From Rhodocyclaceae bacterium (GTDB lineage Bacteria > Pseudomonadota > Gammaproteobacteria > Burkholderiales > Rhodocyclaceae): a stretch of DNA of 64,000 nt. This document shows positions 42,022 through 54,361 of this stretch, piece after piece. Both the position numbers and the translations under genes were made by a program. Positions within the stretch are counted from its first letter, which is position 1; the number at the start of each line of letters is the position of its first letter. The stretch lies in NCBI GenBank assembly GCA_029982755.1, contig JARRBR010000001.1, forward strand, positions 17,093-81,092, read 5' to 3'. The notes under the pieces were generated by a model, which was not told the DNA's origin, ran no database searches, and saw only the letters and a program-made list of their open reading frames with translations.

Positions 42022-42061
42022 CCGACCGCGAAGAACAAACGTACATAACGCCGGATCTTCC

Positions 42062-43918
42062 ATGGCCCCCTACCCCCATCTGGAACGAATCGACTCGCCC
42101 GCCGAGCTGCGGGCGCTCGAACGCCGCGATCTCGCCCTCCTCGCCACCGAGCTGCGCGCCTTCCTGATCGAATCGGTCTCGAAGACCGGCGGCCACCTGT
42201 CGTCGAACCTGGGCACGGTCGAGCTCAGCATCGCGCTGCATTACGTCTTCAACACCCCCCACGACCGCATCGTGTGGGACGTGGGCCACCAGACCTACGG
42301 CCACAAGGTGCTGACCGGCCGCCGCAGCGCGATGTCCGGCCTGCGCCATTTCGGTGGCATCTCCGGCTTCCCGCGTCGCTGCGAGAGCGAGTACGACACC
42401 TTCGGCACCGCGCATTCGTCGACCTCGATTTCGGCCGCGCTGGGGATGGCGGTCGCCGCCCGTGCGCGCAAGGAAGACCGCCACGCGATCGCGGTGATCG
42501 GCGACGGTGCAATGTCCGCCGGCATGGCCTTCGAGGCGCTCAACAACGCCGGCGACATCGAGGACATCAACCTGCTGGTGATCCTCAACGACAACGAGAT
42601 GTCGATCTCGCCGCCGGTCGGCGCCCTCACCAAGATCCTCGCCCGCATGCTGTCCGGATCGACCTACAACACCGCGCGCCGCGTCGGCGAGAAGGTGCTC
42701 GGCATGGCGCCGCCGGTGGCGGAGCTCGCGCGCAAGGTCGAGGAATACGCCAAGGGCATGATCAGCCCGGGCACGCTGTTCGAGGAGTTCGGTTTCCACT
42801 ACTACGGACCGATCGACGGCCACGACCTCGACGCGCTGATCCCGACCCTGCAGAACCTGAAGAAGCTCAAGGGCCCGCAGTTCCTGCACGTGATTACCAG
42901 GAAGGGCCAGGGCTACAAGCTCGCCGAGGCCGATCCGATCCTGTACCACGGCGTCTCGAAGTTCGACCACACCGCCGGCATCCAGGCCGGCAAGGGCGGC
43001 GGCAAGCTGACCTATACCCAGGTGTTCGGCGACTGGCTGTGCGACGTGGCGAAGGCCGATCCGCGCATCGTCGGCATCACCCCCGCCATGCGCGAGGGCT
43101 CGGGCCTGGTGCGCTTCGCCCAGGAGTTCCCGGAGCGCTACTTCGACGTCGGCATCGCCGAGCAGCACGCCGTGACCTTCGCCGCCGGGCTCGCCTGCGA
43201 GGGCTTCGTGCCGGTGGTGGCGATCTACTCCACCTTCCTGCAGCGCGCCTACGACCAGCTGATCCACGACGTCGCGCTGCAGAACCTGCAGGTGGTGTTC
43301 GCGATCGACCGCGGCGGCCTGGTGGGCGCGGACGGCGCCACCCACCACGGCGCCTTCGACCTGTCCTACCTCGCCTGCATCCCCAACATGGTGGTGATGG
43401 CGCCGGCGGACGAGAACGAATGCCGCCAGATGCTGTACACCGCGGTGCAGCACCCTGGGCCGAGCGCGGTGCGCTATCCGCGCGGCGGCGGGACCGGCGT
43501 CACCCCGCAGGCACGGATGCAGGCGCTGCCGATCGGCAAGGGCGAGGTCCTGCGCCGCGGCAGGCGCGTCGCCCTGCTCGCCTTCGGCAGCCTGGTTGCG
43601 GTCGCGGGCGAGGTCGGCGAAGCCCTCGACGCCACGGTCGCCAACATGCGCTTCGTCAAACCGCTCGACGCGGCGCTGGTCGCGGAACTCGCCGCCAGCC
43701 ACGATCTGCTCGTGACCGTGGAGGAGAACGCGGTGATCGGCGGCGCCGGTTCCGAAGTCGCCCGCATCGTGGACGGCCTCGCGCAACGCCCGCGCGTGCT
43801 GCGCCTGGGCCTGCCCGACCACTTCATCGACCACGGCGATCAGGGGCAGCTCCTCGCCTCGGCGGGTCTCGACAAGGCGGGCATCCTCGCCAGCATCCAG
43901 CGCGCACTGGAACTTTGA
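42062..43918 (+). CDS. dxs: 1-deoxy-D-xylulose-5-phosphate synthase
   Basis: [23 protein letters not shown]...[13 protein letters not shown] and YSTFLQR. Confidence 0.97.
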   Translation: MAPYPHLERIDSPAELRALERRDLALLATELRAFLIESVSKTGGHLSSNLGTVELSIALHYVFNTPHDRIVWDVGHQTYGHKVLTGRRSAMSGLRHFGGISGFPRRCESEYDTFGTAHSSTSISAALGMAVAARARKEDRHAIAVIGDGAMSAGMAFEALNNAGDIEDINLLVILNDNEMSISPPVGALTKILARMLSGSTYNTARRVGEKVLGMAPPVAELARKVEEYAKGMISPGTLFEEFGFHYYGPIDGHDLDALIPTLQNLKKLKGPQFLHVITRKGQGYKLAEADPILYHGVSKFDHTAGIQAGKGGGKLTYTQVFGDWLCDVAKADPRIVGITPAMREGSGLVRFAQEFPERYFDVGIAEQHAVTFAAGLACEGFVPVVAIYSTFLQRAYDQLIHDVALQNLQVVFAIDRGGLVGADGATHHGAFDLSYLACIPNMVVMAPADENECRQMLYTAVQHPGPSAVRYPRGGGTGVTPQARMQALPIGKGEVLRRGRRVALLAFGSLVAVAGEVGEALDATVANMRFVKPLDAALVAELAASHDLLVTVEENAVIGGAGSEVARIVDGLAQRPRVLRLGLPDHFIDHGDQGQLLASAGLDKAGILASIQRALEL

Positions 43919-44035
43919 AGCCAGCCTGCAAAGGTTGAGCATTTTTGTCGGGAAAGCTAAGATCGGGTCGCAGGTGCAACTGGATTGCACCTGCGATCTT
44001 CTGCTTTTCCCCCGCCCCAGACCAGAGAGCCGTCC

Positions 44036-44842
44036 ATGAACGCCCCCACCGATCTCGCCATCCCCGACGTGCAGAGCAGCGCCGACAGCCGCCGGATCGC
44101 CATCGACAAGGTCGGCATCAAGTCCATCCGCCATCCGATCAAGGTCGCAGACAAGGCGGGCGGCGTGCAGCATACGGTTGCCAGCTTCAACATGTACGTC
44201 GGGCTGCCCCACAACTTCAAGGGCACCCACATGTCGCGCTTCGTCGAGATCCTCAACGGCAACGAGCGCGAGATCTCGGTCGAGAACTTCGAGCCGATGC
44301 TGCGCGCGATGGTCGAGCGCCTGGAAGCCGAGACCGGGCACGTCGAGATGAGCTTCCCCTACTTCATCAACAAGACGGCGCCGGTGTCCGGCGTGCAGAG
44401 CCTGCTCGACTACGAGGTCTGCTTCATCGGCAGCATCCGCGAGGGCGGCGTCTACGAATTCACGATGAAGGTGGTGGTGCCGGTGACCAGCCTGTGCCCG
44501 TGCTCGAAGAAGATCTCCGAATACGGCGCGCACAACCAGCGCTCGCACGTCACCGTGACCGCGGTGCTGAACGACCATCTTTGGATCGAGGAGATGGTGC
44601 AGCTCGTCGAGGCCCAGGCCTCGTGCGAGGTCTTCGGCCTGCTCAAGCGCCCGGACGAGAAGTGGGTCACCGAGCGCGCCTACGACAACCCCAAGTTCGT
44701 CGAGGACATGGTGCGCGACGTCGCCGCCCAGCTGCACCGCGAACCGCGCATCGATGCCTACGTGGTCGAGTCGGAGAACTTCGAGTCGATCCACAACCAC
44801 TCCGCTTATGCGCTGATCGAGCGCGACAAACGCAAGGCCTGA
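44036..44842 (+). CDS. folE2: GTP cyclohydrolase IB
   Basis: [27 protein letters not shown] and ESIHNH. Confidence 0.95.
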   Translation: MNAPTDLAIPDVQSSADSRRIAIDKVGIKSIRHPIKVADKAGGVQHTVASFNMYVGLPHNFKGTHMSRFVEILNGNEREISVENFEPMLRAMVERLEAETGHVEMSFPYFINKTAPVSGVQSLLDYEVCFIGSIREGGVYEFTMKVVVPVTSLCPCSKKISEYGAHNQRSHVTVTAVLNDHLWIEEMVQLVEAQASCEVFGLLKRPDEKWVTERAYDNPKFVEDMVRDVAAQLHREPRIDAYVVESENFESIHNHSAYALIERDKRKA

Positions 44843-44966
44843 CGCCCCGTCGGCCGGGGTCGCGACACGTCGCGCGAAGCGGGCGATCCCGGTCGTCACC
44901 CGCCACCGGATTCATTCGCCGCATGCAGCCAGCGAGGACCAGGATGGCGGATGCGCTGGCTTTGGG

Positions 44967-44987
44967 ATTAAAATAAGCGTTGTCTTA
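44967..44987 (+). promoter_or_regulatory. Shared motif copy 1, ATTAAAATAAGCgttgTCTTA
   Basis: 17/21 identical to 47008-47028; contains a TAAG-N6-CTTA palindrome and a TAAAAT -10-like hexamer. Confidence 0.6.
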
Positions 44988-45004
44988 AATACGGAGCCGC
45001 CGCG

Positions 45005-45358
45005 ATGTCCTCGAAGTCCTTCGTCCAGATCACCACCGACGTGTCCAAGGCGCTCGCCACCCTGCGCAAGGAAACCCCGGACACGATGCAGGGCTTCAGC
45101 GCGATGGCCAAGGGCGCGCTGCAGGACGGCGCGCTGAGCGAGCTGCAGAAGGAACTCATCGCCCTGGCGATCGCGGTCACCCAACGCTGCGACGCCTGCG
45201 TCGGCTTCCACGTCAAGGCCCTGATCCGCCTCGGCGCCAGCCGCGAGCAGATCGTGGAAACCCTGGGCGTGTGCACCTACATGGGCGGTGGCCCGGCCCT
45301 GATGTACGCCGCCGAGGCGGTGCGCGCCTACGAGGAAATGCTGCCCAAGAGCGCATGA
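45005..45358 (+). CDS. Carboxymuconolactone decarboxylase / AhpD-like protein
   Basis: KELIALAIAVTQRCDACVGFH (CxxC..H) motif and MGGGPALMY. Confidence 0.88.
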   Translation: MSSKSFVQITTDVSKALATLRKETPDTMQGFSAMAKGALQDGALSELQKELIALAIAVTQRCDACVGFHVKALIRLGASREQIVETLGVCTYMGGGPALMYAAEAVRAYEEMLPKSA

Positions 45359-45435
45359 TCGCTTTTGCGCCTTGTCGCGCCGCAGCGCTGGCGGGCGGGG
45401 CGTGCGGCACTCGCAAAGGGACCTCAAGAAAAGCG

Positions 45436-45463
45436 TTCACTTTTCCGGCGGATTCACTATAAT
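45436..45463 (+). promoter_or_regulatory. Sigma70 promoter for tRNA-Ser (TTCACT-16-TATAAT)
   Basis: Consensus -10 14 nt upstream of the tRNA. Confidence 0.6.
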
Positions 45464-45477
45464 GCCGACCTTCGAGC

Positions 45478-45567
<90 letters not shown>

Positions 45568-45575
45568 AGTAACAC

Positions 45576-45603
45576 TTGAAGTTGTGGGAACAGCCGTTAT
45601 AAT
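45576..45603 (+). promoter_or_regulatory. Sigma70 promoter for the tRNA-Arg pair (TTGAAG-16-TATAAT)
   Basis: Near-consensus -35 and -10 between tRNA-Ser and tRNA-Arg. Confidence 0.65.
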
Positions 45604-45629
45604 CCCGCACCTTCGCAGTGCAGCACGAA

Positions 45630-45706
45630 GCGCCCGTAGCTCATCTGGATAGAGTACCTGGCTACGAACCAGGGGGTAGGAGGTTCGAATCCTTCCGGGC
45701 GCGCCA
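45630..45706 (+). tRNA. tRNA-Arg (anticodon ACG), copy 1
   Basis: 77-nt cloverleaf; CCTGG-CTACGAA-CCAGG anticodon arm; CCA end. Confidence 0.96.
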
Positions 45707-45747
45707 ACAAAGCCTTCCGATATCGGGCTCTAAACGAAATCGGCAAC

Positions 45748-45824
45748 GCGCCCGTAGCTCATCTGGATAGAGTACCTGGCTACGAACCAGGGGGTAGGAG
45801 GTTCGAATCCTTCCGGGCGCGCCA
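45748..45824 (+). tRNA. tRNA-Arg (anticodon ACG), copy 2
   Basis: Identical to copy 1. Confidence 0.96.
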
Positions 45825-45834
45825 GACAACACGG

Positions 45835-45864
45835 AAAAGCCTGGTCTTCGGACCAGGCTTTTTT
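45835..45864 (+). terminator. Intrinsic terminator after the tRNA cluster
   Basis: AAAAGCCTGGTC-TTCG-GACCAGGCTTTTTT. Confidence 0.9.
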
Positions 45865-45936
45865 GTTTTTGAGCTCTGCAGCCGAGGCGTACGCTCGGTT
45901 AAGCTCACGTTCTCGAGCGCTTCCGCGAAACCGACG

Positions 45937-46941
45937 ATGTCCGACGCCCATGCACTGCTCGGGCTGCAGCCCGGCGCCACGACGCAGCAGATCAAGCGCG
46001 CGTTCCGCAAGCTGGCCATGCAGTGGCACCCCGATCGCAATCCCGCCCCTGAGGCGGTGGAGCATTTCAAGCTGCTTCGCCAGGCCCACGACCGTCTGCT
46101 CGCCGCCCTGCTCGAAGATCCGGACGCCCCCGACACAGAGGGCGCCGACGCCGGCAAGGCGGATCCGGCGTCCGCCCCCGGCGCCGATCGCCTGCAGACG
46201 CTGGAGATCAGCTTCGAGGACGCCTTTCTCGGCGCCACGCGATCGGTTTGCGTGCGCACCCCTCAGGCGTGCACCCGATGCGGGGGCAGCGGCCTGGAGA
46301 AGCTCAGCGTCAGCCGTCTGTGCGAGCCCTGTCGCGGCTCGGGCCGGATCCGCGGCGCCCATGGACTGGTCCGCTGCGCCGAGTGCGAAGGACGCGGCTA
46401 CCGCAATACCCAGGCCTGCAGCCACTGCGCCGGCAGCGGGGAAGAGGTCGGCGAGCGCTGGCTGCAGGTGCAGGTCCCGCCTGGACTGATCGACGATGAC
46501 GAACTGCGTCTGGCCGGCGAGGGCGAGGCGCATCCCGAGGCGGGCCATCCCCGCGGCGACCTCCGTCTGCGCATCCGCCTAGCCCCTCACCCGCTTTTTC
46601 GCCGCGATGGGCGGAACCTCGTCCTCCAGCGTCCGATCAGTGCGCTCAGGATGCTGATCGGCGGCCCCTTGCGCATCCCCCATCCTGCGGGCTTGCGCAC
46701 GGTTGCGCTCGAACCCGGCGTCGCGCACGCGCGCACCTTGCGCGTTGCCGGGGCAGGCTTCCCCGCTCGCGGCCAGCGCGCCGCCGGCGATCTGGTGATC
46801 GAGCTGGAGCCGATGCTGCCGCAGGCGCCCGACAAGCAACTGCACACGCTGATCGAGCAGCTCGACGTGGCGCTCGGGAAGAGCGCGACACGCCATTTTC
46901 CGGAGCTCGCGCGCTGGGAGGCGGACTGGCTCGGCGACTGA
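45937..46941 (+). CDS. DnaJ-class co-chaperone paralogue
   Basis: J-domain with HPD; four CxxCxGxG repeats; DnaJ C-terminal domain. Confidence 0.88.
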   Translation: MSDAHALLGLQPGATTQQIKRAFRKLAMQWHPDRNPAPEAVEHFKLLRQAHDRLLAALLEDPDAPDTEGADAGKADPASAPGADRLQTLEISFEDAFLGATRSVCVRTPQACTRCGGSGLEKLSVSRLCEPCRGSGRIRGAHGLVRCAECEGRGYRNTQACSHCAGSGEEVGERWLQVQVPPGLIDDDELRLAGEGEAHPEAGHPRGDLRLRIRLAPHPLFRRDGRNLVLQRPISALRMLIGGPLRIPHPAGLRTVALEPGVAHARTLRVAGAGFPARGQRAAGDLVIELEPMLPQAPDKQLHTLIEQLDVALGKSATRHFPELARWEADWLGD

Positions 46942-47007
46942 CTGGCGAGTCGGCACGCATCCCCTGCCGCACGCGCGCAATCCGGGACACGGTCAATGGC
47001 GCGAGGC

Positions 47008-47028
47008 ATTAAAATAAGCAAACTCTTA
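47008..47028 (+). promoter_or_regulatory. Shared motif copy 2, ATTAAAATAAGCaaacTCTTA
   Basis: 17/21 identical to 44967-44987; upstream of the RND operon. Confidence 0.6.
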
Positions 47029-47062
47029 TAACCGAGCCGCAGCGCGGCTTCGAAGGCTTGCC

Positions 47063-48259
47063 ATGCGCCGCCTCATTCCTGTGCTGATCCTGCTGCTGGC
47101 GGTGGCAGGTTTCTTCGTCTTGCGCGCCACCCGCCCGCTCGTCCCTGCGGTGGAGGCGCGCGAGCGCGTCTGGCGCGTCGAGGCCCACGAACTCGTCGCC
47201 ACGGCAGCGCGGCCGACCCTCGTGCTCTACGGCCGCATCGAGGCCCCGGACCGCATCCGCGCGACGGCGCCGATCGGTGGACGCATCGTCGACGTGACGG
47301 TGCGCGACGGCGACCGGGTCGAGCCGGGTGCGGTGCTCGCGCGCATGGATCCGCGCGACCTCCAGCCCCGCATTGCGCAAGCCGCGGCCGACGTCGAGCG
47401 CGAGCGCATCCGCCACCGTCACGACCAGGAGGCGATCGCGCAGGAGCGCACCCTTCTGCAACTGGCCGAGGCGAAGCTGGCGCGCTTCGAACGCCTCAAG
47501 AACGCGCGCCTCGGCGCCGAGAGTGCGTTCGATCAGGCGCGCGAGGAAGTCGCCCACGTCCGCCTGTCGCTGTCGCAGCGCCAGCAGGCGATCGCCGAGC
47601 ACCCGTCGCGCCTCGCCCAGCTCCAGGCAAGGCTGACCGAGGCCCGGCGCGATGCCGAGCGCGGCGAGATCAGCGCGCCCTTTGCCGCGCGCATCGGCAA
47701 GGTCGAGGTCGCCGCCGGCGACCAGGTCCAGCCGGGACAGGCGCTGCTCAGCCTGTATCCGTCCGATACGCTCTACCTGCGCGCCCGGATCCCAGCGATC
47801 TACGCCGAGGAACTGCGTGCCGCGCTGGCGCGGGGCGAGGTCCTGCAGGCGCGCGCCGAGTTCGGTGCGACCACCCTGCTCACCCGCCTCGACCGCATCG
47901 GTGGCGAAGCCGATGCGCGCGGCGTCGACGTCCTGCTACGCCTGGACGATGCGAGCGGCGTCCCGGTCGGAGCCTTCGTCAACGCGATACTCGAGCGCCC
48001 GGCGGTGAGCGACGTGTTCGCCGTGCCGCCCTCCGCGCTCCACGGCGGCGATCGCCTCTACCTGATCGGGGACGACGACCGGCTGCGCGCCCTGCCCGTC
48101 CGCCGCGCCGGCGAGCGTCGCGATGGCGGGACGCTGAACCTGCTCGTTCGCCCTGCCGCAGCCACGGACGCACTGCGCAGCGGCACGCGCATCCTCGCCA
48201 CCCATCTGCCGCACGCGATCGACGGGCTCGCGGTCGAGGTGGTCGGGGCCGCGCAATGA
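47063..48259 (+). CDS. RND efflux periplasmic adaptor (MFP)
   Basis: N-terminal TM; lipoyl half-motifs (GDRVEPGAVLA and ISAPFAARI...GDQV) flanking a helical hairpin. Confidence 0.88.
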   Translation: MRRLIPVLILLLAVAGFFVLRATRPLVPAVEARERVWRVEAHELVATAARPTLVLYGRIEAPDRIRATAPIGGRIVDVTVRDGDRVEPGAVLARMDPRDLQPRIAQAAADVERERIRHRHDQEAIAQERTLLQLAEAKLARFERLKNARLGAESAFDQAREEVAHVRLSLSQRQQAIAEHPSRLAQLQARLTEARRDAERGEISAPFAARIGKVEVAAGDQVQPGQALLSLYPSDTLYLRARIPAIYAEELRAALARGEVLQARAEFGATTLLTRLDRIGGEADARGVDVLLRLDDASGVPVGAFVNAILERPAVSDVFAVPPSALHGGDRLYLIGDDDRLRALPVRRAGERRDGGTLNLLVRPAAATDALRSGTRILATHLPHAIDGLAVEVVGAAQ

Positions 48260-51200
48260 AGCACGTCAGCGTGCTCGAGCGCCTGGCCGGCCACAAGGTG
48301 GCTGCCAACGTGCTGATGCTGCTCGCCTTCGTCCTCGGGGTGATCGGCCTCACGCGCATGAACGTGCAGTTCTTCCCCACCTTCGAGCTCGACGTCATCT
48401 CGGTGCGTGTGGTGTGGAGCGGCGCCGCGGCCGAGGACGTCGAGACCGGCATCACGGTGCCGCTCGAGGAGCGCCTGAAGACCGTCGATGGCCTCAAGAA
48501 GCTGAGCTCCACCTCGGCCCAGGGGGTGGCGAGCATCACCCTCGAGCTGCACGAGGGCACCGACGCGCTGCTCGCCCTCGACCAGGTGCGCCAGCGTGTC
48601 GACGAGTTCCGCAACCTGCCGCGCGAAGCCGAGCCCCCCGAAGTGAGCCGGGTGGCACGCTACGAGCCGATCGCGCGCCTGCTGGTGCGCGGCCGCAGCG
48701 TCGAGGAGCTGCGGCCCTGGGTCCGACGCTTCGAGCAGGAGCTGCTCGCCGCCGGCATCGATCGTGTGAGCATCACCGGCCTGCCGGAGGAGCGCATCGC
48801 GATCGAGATCCCGTCGGCGGCGCTGGAAACGCTCGGCCTGTCGCTGGTGCAGGTCGGCGATCGCGTGGGTCAGGTCGCCCGCGACATTCCGGCAGGCATC
48901 GCCGGCGAAGCGGACGGCGCGCGCGAGATCCGTGGCCTCGAACAGCGCCGCAGCGCCGATGCCTTCGCGCCGCTGTCGGTCGTCAGCGACGAGCGCGGCG
49001 TGGTGCGCCTGGACGAGATCGCGACCATCACGCGCGAGCCCCGCGCCAACGAACTCGCCCTCTTCGAGCGCGGCGACAGCGTGGTCGAACTGCAGCTGCA
49101 GCGCAGCGAGAACGGCCACTCGCTCAGGGCCGCGCGCATCCTCGACGACTGGCTCGAAAAGACCCGCCCCACCCTGCCGCCGAGCATCGGCCTCGAGGTC
49201 TTCGATGCGCAGTGGCAGCTGATCAGGGATCGCATCGAACTGCTCGTCGAGAACGGGCTCTCCGGCCTGCTGCTGGTGGTCGCGGTGCTGTATTTCTTCC
49301 TGCCTGCGCGGGTGGCGCTGTGGGTCATGGTCGGCATCCCGACGGCATTTCTCGCCACCCTCGGGCTGATGTTCTTCTTCGGCGGCACGATCAACATGAT
49401 GAGCCTGTTCGCACTCATCATGGCGCTCGGCATCATTGTGGACGACGCCATCGTCGTCAGCGAGGACGCCGACACCCACCGCCACATGGGCGAAGGCCCC
49501 GCCCGGGCCGCGATCGGCGGCGCGCAGCGGATGCTCGGGCCGGTGCTGGCCTCGTCGCTGACCACGGTGGCCGCATTCCTGCCGCTGATGATGGTGGGCG
49601 GCATCATCGGCAACATCCTCGGCGACATTCCTTTCGTGATGGTCGCGGTGATCGTCGCGTCCCTGCTCGAGTGCTTCCTCATCCTTCCCGCCCATCTGCG
49701 CGGCGCACTCGCCGACCAGGCGGCCTTGCAGCAGTCGGCGCTGCGGGCGCGGCTCGACGCCGCATTCGCCGGCTTCCGCGACGGCCCCTTCAGGCGCACG
49801 GTGGAACGCGCGTTGAGCTGGCGCGGCGCTACCGTGTCCCTTGCCGTCGCGCTGATGGTGCTCGCGGTCGGGCTCATCGCGGGCGGACGCATCGGCTTCG
49901 TGTTCTTCCCGACGCCCGAGGGCCAGGTCGTGTTCGCCAATGCCACCTTCGTCGCCGGCACGCCACGGGCCCGCACCGAGGCCTTCCTGGGCGAACTCGA
50001 ACGCGCCCTGTTCGCCGCCGAAGCCGAACTCGGCGGCGGCCTGGTCCAGACCGCGGTGGCCCGCCTCGGCGGCACGATCAGCAGCGGCAGCGGATCGAGC
50101 GCACGCGGCGACCAGCTCGCCGGCATCATGGTCGAGCTCACCCCGCCCGACCAGCGCGAGGTGCGCAACGAACACTTCCTCGCCGTCTGGCGCGAGAAGC
50201 TGCCCGCGGTGGCGGGGATCGAACTGCTCACCTTCACCGCCCGCCAGTCGGGCCCGCCGGGACGGGACCTGAACATCCGCCTCACCGGTGACAATGCCGA
50301 CGCCCTCAAGGCTGCCGCGCTCGAGCTGGCCGAGACGCTGACGAGCATTCCCGGCGTCAGCGAGCCCGAGGACGACATGCCCTACGGACGGGAGCAGCTC
50401 GTCTACCGCCTGACGCCCGCGGGCGAGGCGCTGGGACTCACGACCGAGAGCCTCGGCCGCCAGTTGCGCGCCGCCTTCGACGGCGCCCTCGCCCAGCTCG
50501 TGCAGGTCGGGCGCGACGAGCTCGAGGTGCGGGTGATCCTGCCGCGTGACGAGCGCAGCCGCCTCGACGTCTTCGACCGCATCACCGTAAGCCTGCCCGA
50601 TGGCCGCTTCGCCCCGCTCGCCACCGTGGCGAGCTGGGAGTCCCGCCGCGGTTTCGAGGCCCTGCGCCATGCCCAGGGACGACTGGCGGTCGAAGTGTCG
50701 GCCGCCGTCGCCAGCGACGTCACCAATGCCAACGCCGTGCAGGCCCTGCTCGAAGCCGACACCCTGCCCCGACTGGCGCAGAAATACGGTTTCGAGTTCA
50801 GCTTCGAAGGACGCTCGGCCGACCAGCGCGAGACCATGGAGGACATGCGCGCCGGCCTCATCCTCGGCCTCGCGCTGATCTACCTCATCCTGGTGTGGTC
50901 GTTCTCGTCCTGGAGCTGGCCGCTGGTGGTGATGTCGGCCATCCCGCTAGGGCTGGCAGGCGCGATCTTCGGCCACTGGGCCCTCGACATCGACCTCACC
51001 ATACTGTCGATGTTCGGTCTCTTCGGCCTGGCCGGCATCGTGGTGAACAACTCGATCATCCTGGTGAGCCTGTTCAAGGAGCTGCAGCACAAAGGCGCGA
51101 GCATGCATGATGCGCTGGTGGCTGCAGCCTGTGGCCGCCTGCGCGCGGTGCTGCTGACCTCGCTGACCACCATCGGCGGCCTCACGCCGCTGCTCTTCGA

Positions 51201-51366
51201 GCGCTCGCTGCAGGCCCAGTTCCTGATTCCGATGGCGACCTCGATCGCATTCGGGCTCGGCTTCTCGGCCGTGCTGGTGCTCTTCTTCGTGCCGGCGCTG
51301 CTGTCCCTGCTGGAAAGCCTGCGGAACTGGCGCACGGGCAGGAACGCAGTGCCGGCGAGCACCTGA
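48256..51366 (+). CDS. RND efflux permease (AcrB/AcrD/AcrF family)
   Basis: 1036 aa; GIIVDDAIVV, GIVVNNSII and RLRAVLLTSLTT; ATGA overlap with the MFP gene. Confidence 0.93.
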   Translation: MKHVSVLERLAGHKVAANVLMLLAFVLGVIGLTRMNVQFFPTFELDVISVRVVWSGAAAEDVETGITVPLEERLKTVDGLKKLSSTSAQGVASITLELHEGTDALLALDQVRQRVDEFRNLPREAEPPEVSRVARYEPIARLLVRGRSVEELRPWVRRFEQELLAAGIDRVSITGLPEERIAIEIPSAALETLGLSLVQVGDRVGQVARDIPAGIAGEADGAREIRGLEQRRSADAFAPLSVVSDERGVVRLDEIATITREPRANELALFERGDSVVELQLQRSENGHSLRAARILDDWLEKTRPTLPPSIGLEVFDAQWQLIRDRIELLVENGLSGLLLVVAVLYFFLPARVALWVMVGIPTAFLATLGLMFFFGGTINMMSLFALIMALGIIVDDAIVVSEDADTHRHMGEGPARAAIGGAQRMLGPVLASSLTTVAAFLPLMMVGGIIGNILGDIPFVMVAVIVASLLECFLILPAHLRGALADQAALQQSALRARLDAAFAGFRDGPFRRTVERALSWRGATVSLAVALMVLAVGLIAGGRIGFVFFPTPEGQVVFANATFVAGTPRARTEAFLGELERALFAAEAELGGGLVQTAVARLGGTISSGSGSSARGDQLAGIMVELTPPDQREVRNEHFLAVWREKLPAVAGIELLTFTARQSGPPGRDLNIRLTGDNADALKAAALELAETLTSIPGVSEPEDDMPYGREQLVYRLTPAGEALGLTTESLGRQLRAAFDGALAQLVQVGRDELEVRVILPRDERSRLDVFDRITVSLPDGRFAPLATVASWESRRGFEALRHAQGRLAVEVSAAVASDVTNANAVQALLEADTLPRLAQKYGFEFSFEGRSADQRETMEDMRAGLILGLALIYLILVWSFSSWSWPLVVMSAIPLGLAGAIFGHWALDIDLTILSMFGLFGLAGIVVNNSIILVSLFKELQHKGASMHDALVAAACGRLRAVLLTSLTTIGGLTPLLFERSLQAQFLIPMATSIAFGLGFSAVLVLFFVPALLSLLESLRNWRTGRNAVPAST

Positions 51367-51440
51367 AGGGCGCCATATCCCGCCGTGCCGCCGTCGCAGG
51401 ATTGCCAGCGCGTCGGCGTGCGGCGCACAATCCTGTCGTC

Positions 51441-52856
51441 ATGACTGGTAAGACTTCCGTGCGCCTCCTGCTGCCCATCCTGTTCGCCCTGATCCTCGCC
51501 GCGTGTTCGCCCGCCACGGCGCCACCGCTTGCCGATCATCGCAAGCTGGGCGAGTTGCGGGTCGCGACCCGCCACGACGCGATCTCGTATCGCGAGGATG
51601 GCGACGGAGCGGTCCGTGGCTTCGAATACGAACTCCTGCTCGCCCTCGGCGAACGCCTCGGCGTCCCGGTCCGCTTCGACACCTATCCCGACGCGACCCG
51701 CGCGCTCGATGCGGTGATCCAGGGGCGCGCCCACCTCGCCGCCGCCGGACTGGGCCGCAACGAGCGCCTGCCGGTGCGCTGGTCGGCGGCGCTGCGCGAG
51801 GTGGATTACGTCATTGCAGCCCGTGGCGACGGCACCCCGATCCGCAACGAGGCCGACCTCGCCGGGCGGACGGTGAGTGCGCACCGCGGCTCGCTCGCTG
51901 CCCAGCACGCCACCGACATCCGCCGCCGGGTGCCGGGGCTCAACGTCCACTTCCCGGTGCGCGACGGCGAGGAGACCCTGCTCGCGCGGCTCGCCGCGGG
52001 CGAGCTCGACCTGGTCGCCACCGACCGCCTGCATTACGCATTCGCCGCGCGGCTGCATCCCGAGATCGACATCGCCTGGGAACTGCCGACACCCTCCACG
52101 ATCTCGTGGGCGAGCTCGCTGCGCGACACCGCGCTTGCCACCGAACTCGACACCTTCATCGATGCGGCGAAGAAGAGCGGCATGCTGGCGCGCCTCGCAG
52201 ATCGCCATTTCGGCCACATCCGCCGTCTCCGGGACGACGACATCAAGGGCTTCCTCGACCGTGTGGGCGAGCGCCTGCCCCGCTATCGCCGCCATTTCGA
52301 GGAAGCGGAGGCACGCACCGGCATCGACTGGCGCTATCTAGCCGCGGTCGCCTACCAGGAATCGCAATGGGACCCGAGCGCCACCTCCTTCACCGGGGTG
52401 CGCGGCATGATGATGCTGACCGCCGACACCGCCGACCGGCTCGGCGTCGCCAACCGCCTCGACGCCCGCGAGAGCATCCTCGGCGGTGCGCGTTACCTGG
52501 CGATGCTGGCAGACGAGCTGCCCGCGGAAGTGCCCGAGCCGGACCGCTCGTGGATGGCCGCGGCGGCCTACAACCTGGGCATGGGGCACTTCAACGGCGC
52601 GCGCGCGATCGCGCGCAGCGTGGGCAAGGACGAGCACGCCTGGTACGACATGAAGGGCGTGCTGCCCCTGCTGTCGCGCCCGCAGTACGCCGCGCGGCTC
52701 AAGTCCGGGCCGGCGCGCGGCGGCGAGGCGGTGGTGATGGCCGAGAACGTGCGCAGCTACTACGACATCCTGCTGCGGCTGGAACCGCCGCACGCGGCAC
52801 CGCTGACCGCGCCCGGCCTGCGCCTCGGACGGCGCGACGCCGGAGCCGGAGAGTGA
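51441..52856 (+). CDS. mltF: Membrane-bound lytic murein transglycosylase F
   Basis: SBP_bac_3-like N-terminal domain followed by an SLT domain (YQESQW, GVRGMMMLT, AAYNLG). Confidence 0.9.
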   Translation: MTGKTSVRLLLPILFALILAACSPATAPPLADHRKLGELRVATRHDAISYREDGDGAVRGFEYELLLALGERLGVPVRFDTYPDATRALDAVIQGRAHLAAAGLGRNERLPVRWSAALREVDYVIAARGDGTPIRNEADLAGRTVSAHRGSLAAQHATDIRRRVPGLNVHFPVRDGEETLLARLAAGELDLVATDRLHYAFAARLHPEIDIAWELPTPSTISWASSLRDTALATELDTFIDAAKKSGMLARLADRHFGHIRRLRDDDIKGFLDRVGERLPRYRRHFEEAEARTGIDWRYLAAVAYQESQWDPSATSFTGVRGMMMLTADTADRLGVANRLDARESILGGARYLAMLADELPAEVPEPDRSWMAAAAYNLGMGHFNGARAIARSVGKDEHAWYDMKGVLPLLSRPQYAARLKSGPARGGEAVVMAENVRSYYDILLRLEPPHAAPLTAPGLRLGRRDAGAGE

Positions 52857-52884
52857 GACCCGGCCCTGCGCCGGGCCTGCCGCG

Positions 52885-54204
<1,320 letters not shown>

Positions 54205-54361
54205 TCAGTGACTTGCGACTGGAAGTTAAGGCCGGGTGCTCACGAGGGGATGCAAGCACGCGTTTGCAGAGGACTTTCCGTGCGCCGGTCACGGATGGCG
54301 CACTGCAAAAATTAACTATTCCAATCAATAACTTGCCTGGTTGACCTTACGTAAATCGACC

